Assembly: GCA_000320545.1 (NCBI GenBank)
Contig: ADNK01000550.1
Span: 165,520-229,519, forward strand
DNA from: Bigelowiella natans CCMP2755
Lineage: Eukaryota > Protista > Cercozoa
DNA length: 64,000 bases
Reading direction: 5' to 3'
The notes under the pieces are model-generated. The model had not been told where the DNA came from, did no database searches, and was given only the letters and a program-made list of their open reading frames with translations. Positions within the stretch are counted from its first letter, which is position 1. Each line of letters starts with the position of its first letter. Both the position numbers and the translations under genes were made by a program. Shown here one piece after another: positions 41,240-56,273 of the stretch.

Positions 41240-42812
41240 TTAGCCAAAACAGCCTTTCTTGCCACCCCCCTTTGATTCCGCGAGTTCCGCATTCAAACGC
41301 AAAATTTCCTTTTTCTGGTTCTCAATTTGTAGGATAAGTTCATTTGCTTTCTGGGAGCTTCCAGACTGTCTGAGTTTATTCATTTTGGATACGTGTTGGT
41401 CCTTGAGCTTGTCAATTTGCTTATCCTTCTCTCTCAGCTTTCTATTCGCATCCGAGAGCTCAGCCTAAATTGGAGTGACAGAACTTAGTCGCAGAACAAG
41501 CAGTAGCGATTCTCGATGACACTAATTTGACCAAAAATATCTAAAAGATTATTTTACAACTGCGACTCGCTGGCACTTATGTGGCTTACAACTGAATCGC
41601 CTTCTCTTCTCTTTTAGATTAATCTCACTTACTTTGGTTTTAGAGAAATCTATTTGCATCTGGTCTGCATCCTCTAGCTGCTGCTTGAATGCCGTTAACT
41701 TGTTGGCCTGTGTAGCAGCACAGATACATAAACAAACAAGGAGAGACGACAGGATCAGTGCTGGCAATATCGGACGGTAATACGTGACGTTTATGGGCCT
41801 ATCATCATGATAATAATATATACATATTTATCAACTCTGGTCTATTAAGAAGGGAGTACGTTCCACCTGTTGCGATTTTTCAGCTTTGAGCATTTCATTC
41901 TCATGGCTGGCCTCATAGTACTTTTTGTCAAGCTCCTTCTTCTCAGCCACCACCTTGAGCTACAGTAGTATACATGAATGAGGACTACTGTGTGAGGAAT
42001 CGTCACCAATGATGGCAACCATTCACCTAATATCCCACAACTATGCACAGGATACAGAATTAGTGATGTCACTTACCAGCATATCGTTACGCTTGTCGTC
42101 AGCAAGCATGCCGTTGAGCTGATCCACCTCCGTTTTGGAAGCCTTGAAGCGACCAATCAGCTCCTGCAATGTGGGAAGAATCAATGCTGTCTTTACTGGC
42201 TCTATTTCTGCCTGTTTTCATTTGATTTACACGCTGCGCCTTCACTGTGGAAAAGCGAACACTATTCATGTAGCCGAAAAAATAAAACTTCATACTCTCT
42301 AACCGAAGCCCGTGACCATCCTATCATGCCGTCATGCGCTGTTACTGCCCCTTCTTCTTCTTCTTCTTCTTCTTCTTCTTCTTCTTCTTCATCATCATCT
42401 TCTTCTTCTTCATTTGCTGTCAAACATTTATTAATGCTACCTGCAACTGCTGTGTTGCTGGAAACTTATGCAGTTTCTTCTCTAGGACGCTGGTCAGCAT
42501 ATCCTTAATGTCCCCAATCTCATCAATAGCCAGCTGCGCCTCCATCGATAGCTTTTTCTTGTCCTTTTTGTATTATTTAAAAGGTATGTTGTGGAGATGA
42601 GAGGAAGAAGGGAATTTTGTGCCTAATTAGTGAAAAATGGTATGATCTACGGTACCTTCAACTCACTTCCTGTTGGATGGGAGCCGTAGACGTTGATCAG
42701 CAGAGCACCTACATGTAATGGATAAACGGAGGGGGGGGGGGGGGGAGGGGAAATTGAATTGTTCAAAAATTTACGAACGTAACACACAAACCACGCACAC
42801 ACACACACACAA

Positions 42813-42845
<33 letters not shown>

Positions 42846-43195
42846 GAGGAATACACGCATTGCTTCATCACCCTCTTGGGCTGTCTTCTGAAAACTTGTC
42901 GTTACAGGATCAATGATAATGTCTCTCGAGTGCTTTAACACCTTTTATAACACAACATTATCAGTCCCTTACAGAGATATCAGTATAATCTTGTTTCCTA
43001 GCATCCGACATAAGATTTTTGCTGCTGCTGGGCTGGCCTTTTCGAGTACCGGATTCGTGGTCGCGCCTTGACAGACAGACGTCACCGTCATAGAAACTTC
43101 TTGATGGAACTTGTACTCGCAGAACACCTTCAAATCAGGAATGTTAGAAGTACAATTTTCTTTTGCTTCGCATGAGCTAAAATGCATTTTTGTGT

Positions 43196-43235
<40 letters not shown>

Positions 43236-45216
43236 TGAAGATAATATGAGAATCAAGGCACCTCGCGCGAAAACTGCTTTGGAATGCCAAGGGCTTTAGA
43301 AATAAGAATCGAGACTTTGAGAGGATGGCCCATGATGTTTGGCAGCTGTTCTTCAAACCCATCGTGATCGACCTGCAGCATAATCAAAACGGAAACAACG
43401 ACGACGATAACGACGATGGCGTAAACGCGATATTATACCGATTATATTTAGCACACCAGCACTTGGCACCTTTTCTATGCACTCCTCCGTGATCTCTGGG
43501 ATGATGCTAACCCTCAATTTGCCTAAAAGAAACAATAACGACAGAAAGACGGGGAAGAAGAATAACAAACCAGCTTCGAAAGACAGACACCAAGCTCACA
43601 AAGACGACGTCGCACGTAAGGAAGCGACTCTACAATGAGGCGTTGAGAAAAAAAGGAGGAGAAACCCTTACAAGACCGACCTCGTGGCGCTCCTTTGTAC
43701 GAGAGTATTGGCGTGAAAACGTGAATCGGCATGAGGAAAAGCAGCGGTTCAAGGTATCTGTGGAAGAAAAGAGGTAGCGTTCATAAAGATCATTGATCGT
43801 GAAGATTCTGCACTTTCTATTTGCTCTGCCATCACACCATTATCATCCCAGGATGATAATCATCATCATTATTCACTGTCACCACTGCCATCATCATAAA
43901 ACCCAAGAGCAATTGATTCCAATTATTAGCAAAAGGAAAACAACGTCCTTCCTTACACTCGGCAAGATCCAAGTAGCTGGGGCGCTTGGTTGTTGAATTG
44001 GAAGGGGTCCTCCTGAGAAAAAGCACCATGAGAACAACAACGGGACTATTACGATTGACATGGAGATATGTAATAGTGCCTGGTTGCGAAGGAGGGGCAA
44101 ATTATATTTAAAAATATTCATATTTTCTGGGAGATTGGGCACTCCATCATGTAAGGAAGAAACGGTTCATCAGAGAGGACTCATTCTCATGAGGTGGAAG
44201 TACCTTGGCCTTGAGCTTGGATTCTTCTTCTTCTTCCTGTTACCATAATTCATCCCACCATCATCGCACCATCCCCGAAACTACATCTTCAACATTCAAA
44301 TTTTGTACATGAAGGGGGCAAATGCCGATAGGAATGGGACTGCCTACTACCTGGTCTAACATATGTTTTTCGTACGAATCTTGAAAGTCGTTCATCTTCT
44401 CCAATAGAATCTGAGCGCAAGTAGCAAAGCAGCAGTAGAAGCAGCAGCGGCAGACATTCGAACGATCAAATCTCTGAGGATCCACCGAGAAAGCAACTTT
44501 GAGCATAGAAAGTAACAAGAATATTCAAAATACTACCTCGTGATTCCAAAGGGATTTTTTCCCGTCCTCTAGATTGACGATTTCTACCAAGACCTCTGCT
44601 GCCTCCGTGAACGCATCCTTGTCAGCCGTCTTCTTCGGCACGATCCGAACAGTGAAGAACAGCTTCTTTTTCAGCTCATTGCAAATGGCGTTCGCCTCAT
44701 TGACTTGTAACGACGAAAGGACAAAAAAAAGTCATGGATCATTAATATAGTGAATCATACATAAATGAAAGTCCAGCCTCTCATGACTTATTACCTACGG
44801 GCAACATCTGGATAAGCTTTTGACGTAGAATCTTCATGTTTCTCCCCTCTTGCTCCAGGTACCGCTCATTTCTCTGCTTTGCTAACCTGATGAAAGAGCA
44901 AAGATCATTTCTGGATCGGCAGCACGGAATGTCCGTTTCTTGACGTTTGGTGTGGAAAAGGCTCAGTGTATACAGGCCAAAGCATCCACACCTATCTTTC
45001 TTGATAGCCTCTTCCAATTGCGAGGACATTTTGTTTGCCTCTTCCTAATAAATGGGAAAGAGTCCAACTCAGGAGTAACTTACCAACTGCTGGAAAAGGG
45101 AATATGGTACTATTTATAAGGCAAAATGAAGGAAATTGTCGTCAATATTGTCCCTATCTTTTCCTCAAACTCTTATGGCGACTTTTCGATAGTAACGCCA
45201 GAATAATAATTAAATA

Positions 45217-45255
<39 letters not shown>

Positions 45256-46490
45256 AAGGTGCGACCTCTTTCCTTTCTATTTCCAAAAGTAGTTTTTTCC
45301 TTTCTTCTTGCATTTTCATGGTTCGTTTTTGCAGCTCCTGTCCATAGTAGAAAATGGCGAATATGAGGTGCAAACCCAACCTCAAAAAAGCATATTAACT
45401 AGTATTCCCTCTGAATTTAATTATTGCTATCATTATTATTATTATTATTATTATCGTTTGCCGGCATAAGAATCGGCACGACCTCATTCCAGCGCTTCTT
45501 CGCCATATGGTCCACTTCCATCTTCATCTGTTCCATTCTTTTCTAATAAACACAGGTGCCGAAAAGATCAGGGGAAAACGAAACAGAAAATAGGAGTTGA
45601 GAGGATGCCGACTAGTGTTCAGAACCTTGAGCTCCTCCTCCTGCTTCTCCTCCATTATCTTAAGCTTTTGCTGCATTTGCTTCTTAACCTCGGCCTAGAG
45701 AAGAGATATGGAAAGGGGTTTCTCATAGTTGCAAAACGAAGACATGCTTCTAAACTCCTTTGCTTTTTTCATGCAACCATGCAGAGGAAGAAGCGAAGAA
45801 CACCTGAGATTTCAGAATTTTTTGTTTCTCAGCCTCCATGCTGACAAGCTTTTGTTCCAGCTCCTTCTTCTTCTTCTTCTCTTCCTGCACCCGTCGCTTA
45901 AATTCTTCTTCCTCCTTGTCAATCTGGAACATCGAGTTGGCAATCTGCTTCTGCGCGTGTGTGAAGTCGAACCTGTGCACGGAAATAGAAAGAGCTTCAA
46001 TTCCAGCATTCGCATCTCACATGGTGGGCGGGTAATTATTGGACAGGTGCGTGCGTCATAGTTCTTTACCGTTTGTCCTGAGGACTTCGCTTTGTTGGAT
46101 CGACGAATCTATAGTAGTGATGCGCTCCGAACAGAATGCAGTCGTTATGTCGAAGCCGTATCGGGTTTAGGACAGGTTTGCCTTTACACACACACACGCA
46201 CGCACGCACGCACGCACACACACACGCACACATCACCAGGAATAGGCATAAGGTGAAAGAAAACGGGAGGAGGCAGAATTATGTAACAATTGGCCTACGT
46301 TTCGATTGCACAAGTGAGATGACTTTTTATTAGGATGATACCAACAACGTAGCACGTACCATTAACGAAGACTCTGGAATTCTGAACCGCTGAAATGGTG
46401 ACTTCGTCCTCTGCAGATTAAGGAAGTTGAGAAACCAAAATACATCATTGAATATCCTCATAGTATCCAATGTCACGCAGTAGATCAGCA

Positions 46491-46543
<53 letters not shown>

Positions 46544-46675
46544 TGCACACATATGCACTTACGATCTCTCAGGACGTCGGCATGGTCGCGCTGGATTTGA
46601 AGTCCGCCTAAAGATGTTTGAAGGACCCCATATTTGATAGAGTTGCAAAGGGCGAAGGGGATAATGAAAGGGCTA

Positions 46676-46719
<44 letters not shown>

Positions 46720-47236
46720 CGGGAGGGGGGAAGTAGGATAGAAATGCTATTTTGATGGCACTGACCAAGGACAATGTCATTGTCACTTGGAGGTGGCTGC
46801 ATATCTTTTCGGCACACCTGTTGGTACATTTAGAAATTAGGGAATTAGTTCTCATGAGGCTATCGTCATGTTCGTATCCTTCTCTCTCTTCACTCCTCCC
46901 CCTCCTCCGACCTTGGTAATCCCCGGTTTGAAGGGATACATGAGAACCTCGCTGAGTGCAGGGTCGGCATGCAAATTCACGATGCATAGTTCGGTCCTAG
47001 ATAAGCAGAAGACACACAGAGGGTTAATGAAATAGAGCAGGAAAAGGGGAAACCAAAAGAATGATTCGAGAAATCGTTGTCCTTTCAAACCAGAATTTGG
47101 AGGGTGCTCGGTCCATCTTTATTTTCCTGATACGGAAGTGATGCAATAAGTTTTGAAACACAACAAAATAAACGTATATGTAAAGTTATGTTTATATATG
47201 TAGGTGTGCGTGTATGCATGTTTGCATGTCCATTAC

Positions 47237-47268
<32 letters not shown>

Positions 47269-47852
47269 AAGAAGAAGAAGAAGAAGGAGAAGAAGTAGTA
47301 GTTGTAGTATCATGCAGGGATTTTGAAAACATGTTTGTGTTACAATACGCTCCAGCAGCATGTTGCGTTGCCAATCGCACCTTGATTCCATCCGTTTCAA
47401 CTTAATCTCAAACGAATCCTGCATCTTCTTCATCAAAACCTAACCAAGCAGACAAAAATGTCACTTATGAAGAAGACGGAAATGAGAAGAAGGAAAGGAG
47501 AAGAAGGAAAGGAGAAACGAATCTTCATTCTTCAAATTCGGAATTGAATCACATAGTCTCGTTAGAATTACTATCGATGATGTCTTCGACGCTTTTGTTA
47601 CCCCCCCCCCCACAACAGGCAGAGGACCAATATTCCACAAGAGACAATCATACACGAATGAAACACTACACAATGAATCTTATTACCTCTGTTTCTTGCA
47701 ACTTTTCCTTCATTTCTTTATACTCTTTGGTCTCCTCTACCTTCACCTCCTCGACTTTATCAGATATATCCATCCATATAAATTGTTGTCGCAGGATGTC
47801 CAAATCCATACAAAGTGTGTGTGTGTGTGTGGGTGGGTGTGCTTGGCTCCAG

Positions 47853-47893
<41 letters not shown>

Positions 47894-48027
47894 CGTTTAG
47901 CAGAATACCTTCTCCTGTTACTTGCTGGCGTAGCTTTTGTATTTCGGCCTAATTTCAGGGTTTATTCCCGATAAGAAGTGTTCTCATGTTCAGGTAGATG
48001 CCAGCTTAATCAACAAGCCGATTCTCT

Positions 48028-48078
<51 letters not shown>

Positions 48079-50751
48079 CATATCGTGCGTACACCGCATG
48101 AAAACCATAAAAAAATACCACCTTCAACTCTCTGATTAGCTTGGCGTTCGCATCTTCGTTAACCTTTGCCTTATTCTTAATCTGTATGAGAAGGGAAGGA
48201 ATAATATCAAAAATTAATCAACAGGAAGATAACGTGAATACATGCACCACTCCATTCATATGGGAGGTAGGATCTACAGCAATCCAGACCTGCTTGGCCC
48301 TGTTGGCGTATCTGAGCGTTTGCACGCTCTCATCATAGTTGTCAGCAGCTGGAGATATTGCTGCAATCATTATTGTCTTCGAGTTCCCTGAGATTGAAGT
48401 TAGATCAGGCGTAGTTACGTGTTGCACCGTCAAACCACCCCGGTGCACGCAAGACGAGCAGACAATGCTGTCTACTTCAATGCAGCCATGGCATTCTATG
48501 GCCTATACTCACCTCCGAGAGACTGCTTTAGCAGCCACGTGAGCTTAGAATCGCGGAAAGGGACGTGCTTGTTCTTCTTCCCTAATAACACCGACATATA
48601 TTGAGTCAGATATAGATTTCGGGTCACTGTGAAAGTCTCCGAAATTCGACACCCAGCATGTGAAGGAGGAATGGGTAATGTTGTATGTGTCCTTATATTC
48701 AATTTCCTTCCAATGGAACAAGATTGCAGGGGGGTGTGCTAAGACTCATCAGTCCCCAAATGTTCCTTGTTCTCCTTACCCTGAGCGCGGTCGCAGAGAG
48801 CCTTGATTACGTTGCCAAGCGCCGACAACGCCCTTTTAAATACACAAGTTAATGATTAATAATAACTCTGAACAGAAGATCACGGCTTAATGATTAGTAT
48901 ATACAAACGTATTTCCCCTCTCAAAATTGTAACCGTGAAGATCAGTTGCTAACATCTGAAATACAGGCAAAATGCGCCTACTTGTTGATGTTGACGCCCT
49001 CCCTTAGCCTATCGCCAGTGGCACCGGTTTTGTCGATTCTCTCCGATCCTTAACAAAGAAGAGGATTAAGGAGATAAAAAAGTATCAATGGTACTGTGTT
49101 CAAACACGCTGCCGTAAGTACCACAAATATCTATATATGATCGACACCTGCAAGGTCCACAAGGCTTGTCTTCGATGTTTTATTCGAACGCTTCTTTGTT
49201 TCCTCATCATATGTCTGGGTTGTCAGAATAATTTGAAATATCGTGTGTGCCCGAGAAGAGGTTTTATTCATTTTCGTAGAGTGGACTGTGCGGGCCTGTA
49301 TTATTCGAGAGGGTTTCCGAGGGATGAAAAGCACAGACGTTATCACGAGGAGACGGGCATTCAAAATAAGTCATGAGAAACACACCATAAGTGCCAAGCA
49401 TACGAGTACATGTGGTATATTCATGCTAAAGCTGTCTTCTCCTTGAATAATTGAAACAAATTTACCCTCGTGCCTTCTTCCATCAGGTTCTCGATCTCTT
49501 CATAGCTAGCAACCACTTCCCTTTTCAGATTTTCCACGTATGGACCTATAGACGAACGCTTTCAAAACGAGACTCTTTTTTGGAGTTTGGTCATCTATTT
49601 CAAGAGCAAGAGGCTGACGCAAGCGTACATATTTTGGGACTGGCAACAAATTATTGCCGACCTAAAACGGGATGATCTCGAATCTTTAAGCCGTGTTTCT
49701 TCATCTTGTCCATATTCAGGAGGTCACGAACCTGAAGTTTGCCGTGGGTGCAGCAACATATGATTACTTATAGGATCAAATAGTCGAAGATTTTGCTGAA
49801 ACAGATCAAGTCTTGTTTATCTTTCATACAAAAAACGGGAGGAGCATACTCATAAAGCCATTTCAAGAAAGGAAAGATAATTACAAGAAATGAAATCACC
49901 GTCTCATTGTATATCTCGAGCATAGACGCCTCAACAATGTACTTGATATTTTCTTGCTTGTTGTCTTCAATTCGCTTGAAGAGGTCATCCATAGCCAGGG
50001 GAATGATACCCTTATCTTCCTCACTCCCAACCTGCAAATATCTCATATTGTAACTCACGTACATTTTGAGTTCCAAATTTCTTGCAAGATCAGCTTCACT
50101 ACATACCATACTGTAGCTCTTTCCCGCCCCGGTTTGTCCATATGCGAAAAGGCAAGTGTTGTAACCCTAAGATTAAAATTTAATTTGTATAAAAATGAAA
50201 GATGATAAATATTCTCACGAAGGAAGCAAAGGAGCCATTCACAATCCGCTACAACCTGCATTGCGTTGTCCAAAATCGTGTGGCCCAAGTCTTTGAAGAT
50301 GGATTCATTGGTGGCAAAATCTGTTTGGCCATCCTAGTAAATATGCACCCCAAAAGATGCCATCATGTCAGTCTTTAGCGCGTTTTTATTTTTGGTTCAT
50401 TCCACAATTGAACCGCCATCTCTCGTGTAGTTTGATTATATTCTTCCGAGTATACATGGGTGAGATCCACAGGATTTTCAAATTTCTACCTTCGCGTGCG
50501 ACCAGTAGCTATAGTCGAAGGTGAAGGTCTTATCTTTACCGTTTTCGGGATCCGTCACCGTCGTTTGTTTGCCGTTCTGATCGAATTAGTGCCGTGAAAT
50601 TAATCCTACACATAGCCTTACTAACAAACTATATCCGTTAGCCCACCATTTTGACGCATAGCTTCGATTTGAGACCCTTCTCTCTGCGATTAAAAGGCCT
50701 CACGCGCACGGCCACCACGATGTTATTGTCTCCATCGTCTTCCCCGCCCAT
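41240..50751 (-). CDS. Kinesin-3 family motor protein, many exons
   Basis: [24 protein letters not shown]; TFDYSYWSH; P-loop [15 protein letters not shown]; SSRAHTIF; LVDLAG; [19 protein letters not shown]; [30 protein letters not shown]; FHA-region [12 protein letters not shown]. Coiled-coil 3' exons ending ...GGKKGCFG* at 41240 are assigned to the same gene by inference. Confidence 0.88.
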
Positions 50752-51511
50752 TTTCTGCCGAAATATTGTCAATATCAAGATAATGATAGTTATATGATGC
50801 ATCGTAATAGAAATGGAACGAGCTATAGATGATAACACCTTTTTGGGCTATGTTGTAAGGGGGGTTTTGTATATGCTTTCTTCCGACTTAAAGTGCTGGT
50901 CTAGTTGCCTGCGTTATGATTGGTCTTCATGATAGTTACTAGATTTTCGTTCGCAGGAGAAAGGATACTAAATGCCGAATTTCTATCGGAAAACCCCCGA
51001 ATCACGTAGAAAAGGAACTATAGCAACCCCATTTTACTCGAAATGGTTGTTTCATTCTGCCTCACCCCTCCCTTAGATACTATTTCCCGTGTTCAAATAG
51101 AATACAAGCAAAGACTTTTCGTCCTCCCTGCCCTTCAGAAATGTTTGGCTTTGCTGTAGTGTTTTACTTCCACTGTAGATCTTACTACCTACCTCGCTAT
51201 TGTTAACTTGTCTGAGGGGAAGGAGGAGGTCCCTGCAAACCGAGTTAGTCGGATCTATGCTCTTCCAGCTAAAGGGGGTTTCTTGTTAATTTGTGGTATT
51301 ATCCCAACAATAATGCAATAAAACCCCTCCGTTTCTACACTAAGTAGCTTTCAGTTACAAGAACGACGCGACAATGCATTTCATACAGGTGCGACAATAG
51401 ATTGAGTATGTCGCATGATGGGAAGGGCTTGTAATTTCAACTTAATTTTTTGTTAGAAAAGACTCCAATGGCCTCCGAGCTGAGAACGAGTACGAAAGAA
51501 CCTACCTCAGC

Positions 51512-53055
51512 ATGAAGTTTGTAAGCACTCGAGGCAAAGTGCGAGGGGTGAGTCTGGAGAAGTGCATCTCTTCCGGCTATGCGCAGGATGGGGGACTCTT
51601 TATGCCCGAGACCATCCCGAAGGTTGTTCTTCCTGAATTATCCCCCGTAAATCTCATTTGCCTTTCCACCTAGGTCGCAATTAAAGATCTACTATCCTGG
51701 CAAAATCTAAGCTTCCAGGTTTTTATATCCTCTCACCACTTTCGACTACACTCGAATTGTAATATTTTCCAGCACACTCGAATTGTATTAGCTTCCTGCG
51801 CTAAAGAAGCTTCGAGTCTTCAATCAAAAGCATGATACCGAAATGTGTATCTGTACCTAGGACCTGGCAGTGGAAATCCTTTCTTTGTTCACTGGCGATG
51901 AAATCACACGAGATGAGCTGAGGCTTATCATATATTCGGTTTGTTTTCGCTTCTCAGTGTTTGCGTAAAATGTATTTAATCTTGAAGGAATGATCTGAAT
52001 GCAGGGTTTTGAGGAATTTGGCTGCCGTGAAATTGTGCCCATAGTCGACGTGCTTGAGGAAAAGGGGGTCAGGATTTGCTCGGCGGAGCTTTTCCATGGT
52101 GTTGAAAGAGTTGGATATGGGATAGGAGGAGGAAGTGGTGCCAAGTTATGTCGAAGGGTTACTAATATCATAAATAATGAAGGTCAAACGTACGCATTCA
52201 AAGACTTCGGGCAGCAAGTATTGTGCCGTCTTCTCGATTTCTTCAAAAGGTATGGATAAGAATATTCCCTATACCATCTCGCTTACAACGATTAGAGTCG
52301 AAGCGAAGACGCCAAGGGCCATGTGCAATCTTCCAATGTGTGAAAGTGGTTGTGAGTATCATCTTTTGTAATGCTTCGAGTTTTGGTTTTCTCGTTGAGG
52401 ACAAGTCTTTCATCTTTAAAGACGAGAATATTTCTAACTCTTACTTGATATATCTATCAGAAAACGGGGCGAGTCGGCAACTCTTCTAGTCAGCACCACA
52501 GGTAGCTTCCGCAGCAGCAACCATTACTTCTTTCGAACACTATTATCCCGCCATCAGCCAGCACCATAGTTGTTGTGATAGTCATGATGTCGTCGATATA
52601 TTATCATCAGGAGACACCGGTCCTGCTGCGATCGCTGCTGTCAGGAGCACAGAAAATCTCAGGTAGTAAGTAGTCAGTCAGTAGGAAGAGATGGGGGAGA
52701 AGGGTTTGGTACGGGAATACTTTGATGTGCTCCACATCTCTTATCAGAATCATCATCGTTGTCATCGAAATGACCAATATAACTACAGGATTGTCTGCTT
52801 TTATCCAAAGGATCAAGTCTCCCGTCTCCAGGTTGCATGCACATAGCATGACATTTACCTCAACCGTGCTTGAAGTGTTTATATCACGTTCACTATCGTT
52901 TCCATCATGAACATAATTATTCAGGAAAAGCAAATGACCACAGTCGATAGTCCAAACGTGCACGTATACCCTTTCGAAGGTGGTAATTTTTATGTTGCTT
53001 AAAATTCTTTAATTACTCTGTGCATATGTGTAAATATACACACGTATATAAATAA

Positions 53056-53098
<43 letters not shown>

Positions 53099-53425
53099 TT
53101 TTTCATTTATATTCTTGAATACCATTGATTGTATGAGCGACGGTGAAAAACTCACTCTCCTGACGAAACAGGCGGTGGTGATGACATGGACTTGCCGATA
53201 AAGAAGATAACAACGGATGAGATGGTGAGAATGGGAAATCATTTTGCATGAAGAAGAAGATGATGACGATGCTGAATGATGAGGGTAGTTGGAAGGCATG
53301 ATGATGCAACTCGCAACTCGATAAGCACTATATTATTCCTGGAGTAGTCATAGTAGTATTTATGCGGTGATATTTCTTGAGAGTGTATGTTTCATACCTC
53401 TTCTTTCTTTTTATCCCTTTCTGAC

Positions 53426-53462
<37 letters not shown>

Positions 53463-53605
53463 CTATCTCTTTCTTCCTTCCTCCCCTCGTGATCCTTCTA
53501 CATCAATCAGATTCAGAAAGACTACAACCTTTGCTCTGTAAATTCGATCAATATTGGCAGGTAAATACTTTGTGGTGCGTGAAAAATACTTTTAATGCAA
53601 GGAAG

Positions 53606-53640
<35 letters not shown>

Positions 53641-53686
53641 GACTTAGAAATCACATGTGCTAATGTGTGTGTGTGCGTATGTGTGT

Positions 53687-53728
<42 letters not shown>

Positions 53729-55388
53729 TTAAGGATTCTGGCACAAACAGTACACTACTTCTTCGTCTATCTTAAGGTGAGGTTGCAAGACCGTGGTGGT
53801 GGCAACGAATCATTTGTCCAGAAAAGCTTTTCCTTTTTATCCGCATTCTTCCTCTCCTTTTCCTGTGTGACTTTTCCTTTCTTCCTTAAGCCTGTCTTCT
53901 ATCATCATCACATCGATCTGTCGTTTTCTTATTCGGCTTCTTGTCTTTTGTCAGTCACTATCGACCGCTCAAATATCTGTGAGCACAAAATTAGTATTCA
54001 GCATTCCAACCGGTGCTATGGGCAACGTCACCGCTGGTATTCGTCGCACATATACACATATATACACATATAGGTGTACAAATAGAATGCACACGCACCG
54101 TTTCCGTAACTCACCTTTCCGTCAGGTATCTTAGCGAAGCAAATGGGCTTGCCAGTGGGGCGGTTTGTATGTGGAGTTAACGCCAACGATATACTGCATC
54201 GGTGAGCTTGTGCATGTGGTGAAGGGGGGAGGGGGGGGGGATAACGTTTGTTATTTGCAGAGTTGTAATCGGAGCTGTAGAATTAATGGAGAACAATTTA
54301 AAAAACGAGAGGGATGCTGCTGTGTTTATTATCTCTGTCAGAGCTGTAACGACTGGAGTGTTCCGCAAGAAGGACCTTGCGCGCACACTTTCCGAGGCGA
54401 TAAATATCCAGGTCCTATCCCCATCCAGATGTTTCAATAGTTTAACTTGGTTAGAAACCTGATGTGGTATTCATACTTGAAAGGTTCCCTACAACTTCGA
54501 GCGCGTCATGTATTTGCTGGACGATGGTAAAAGCCAGGCGGAGATCATGAAGCAAATGGAAGTGCGTGGGTTGAGAGATACAAGGAATAAGAGGAGGAGG
54601 AGACGGGGCTGGATGAGATTAGAAGATTTTGGAAAATGATGGACATAGTCTTACTCTTTTATTGATTTTCTTAAAGGAAAAGGGTTCTATGTCGCTGTCT
54701 CAGAACCTCCATATAAAGCTGAAGGTTGAAAGAAATTGCGATGAGGCGGTGGGGGGAAAATAGCTTGGGTTAGTGGGTTGGTATCTTTGCTAGTCTCCAG
54801 CATCAACCTCAACAATCTGAGACAGCAATCAAGGAACACCGATTTATTTGTGTTGCTACTAGATAGACTAACGACGCTTTGTTGTTTCTTCTGTGAAGTC
54901 TTTCAATTTTTTGGAATCATCTATCATTTACAGCAACTGATTTCGACGGTCCGAGTCAATGATGGGCCAATGTTGCAGACGATCAAAGACCTCTACACAG
55001 ACCGAAAGTGCCCGTGACTCTAAAAATATAAGGGAGAAGAACAGTGGTTTGGGACGTGGGGGCGAAGTTATAGTCGTTTCAATGTGTGTTCTCTCTTTAG
55101 GTACTTGGCAGATCCTCACACAGCAGTGGGGATCTATGCGGCCAGAAATTTCACCCGAGAAAACAAAGCATTAGGCTTCTTTCGGGATACAAAGCTGGGG
55201 CCTATGGTGATATGTAGCGGGGAGGAATGGAAAGGAGAGAAGAAAAATAAAGGGGGTGGATAGTGAAAGGCGGAAGTAACAGTCTGGAATCCTTTTCCTC
55301 TCATTATTATCATCTTAGGCCCCAAAAATCGTTTGTCTGGCCACTGCCCACCCGTGCAAGTTTGAGGTAGTCTTGCTTTCCTTCCTCT

Positions 55389-55435
<47 letters not shown>

Positions 55436-55850
55436 CTTCCTCACCTAAAAATTTATTTCTGCATCTTCCGGTAGGAAGCGATTCGCGAAGCGATGGGAGG
55501 GGGATTTTGGGAAGAGACTGTGCTAAAAACCGCAGGGATGATGCCAAAATCAGCCAAGGATCTAATGCGATTGGCAGAGGTTCCCAGGGGACTCTTCAAG
55601 AAAGGAGAAGACTGGCCAGAAAGGTACTCATCTGTTAATTCGGTTCCCTGTTGTCCTACGCCTCTTTCATAATGATGAACCGTGATTTATCATTAGGCTA
55701 CGCAGTATAATATTGACAGAACAGAAAAGAAACCCAACGAAGGAGAAGAGGAGAGCTATTTGTGGGAGTTCCGCGGGGATCCTTTCGATTTTAAGTCTAG
55801 CAGCACTAGTTGCAGGCTTCACAGCTTCCATGCTTCGACGCAACAATTGA
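51512..55850 (+). CDS. Threonine synthase-like PLP enzyme (THR4/THNSL2 type), spliced
   Basis: MKFVSTRG...GYAQDGGLFMPE; ELFHG; TYAFKDFG (PLP lysine); STTG|DTGPAAIAAV; CGVNANDILHR; PYNFERVMYLL; DPHTAVG; LATAHPCKFE; the last splice gives ...EDWPERLRSIIL...; head-to-head with the kinesin gene. Confidence 0.92.
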
Positions 55851-56273
55851 GACATTTGTTCAATTAGCGCACTGTTGTCAGAGATGTTGCAATGTTGCTG
55901 ATGCATTTAGACCTGCGTCGCTAGCACGGCGGTCGCTGATACAAGCATCCTGATGGAGCACCTTGTGCAGACACATAGACGTAGCCACAAATGCACATGA
56001 TCATCAAAACTTTGATCTTTTGAACACTTTGCTGTGCAAGAAGTGACGCTAGACGCCGAGTGAATCACTCACCACATGGCTTCTGCCACATCGATGCACC
56101 ACCTCTGACCTGCTAGGCACGTTCTAGCGTTAGACATGCCTTTCATCGCATGTGTGCAGTGATTGAGACAATGATCGCACCGTGACCATTCGACAAATTG
56201 CATCGCATGTTGTGCAGATGAGGACTCCATGCTGCATGTGCGTGTTGCGCGTAATGGGAGCAGCTGCATGGAA

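Noticed and set aside
42326-47974. Short ORFs with poly-S/F/L/V/HT/YI runs
   Set aside because: Translations of intronic microsatellites.
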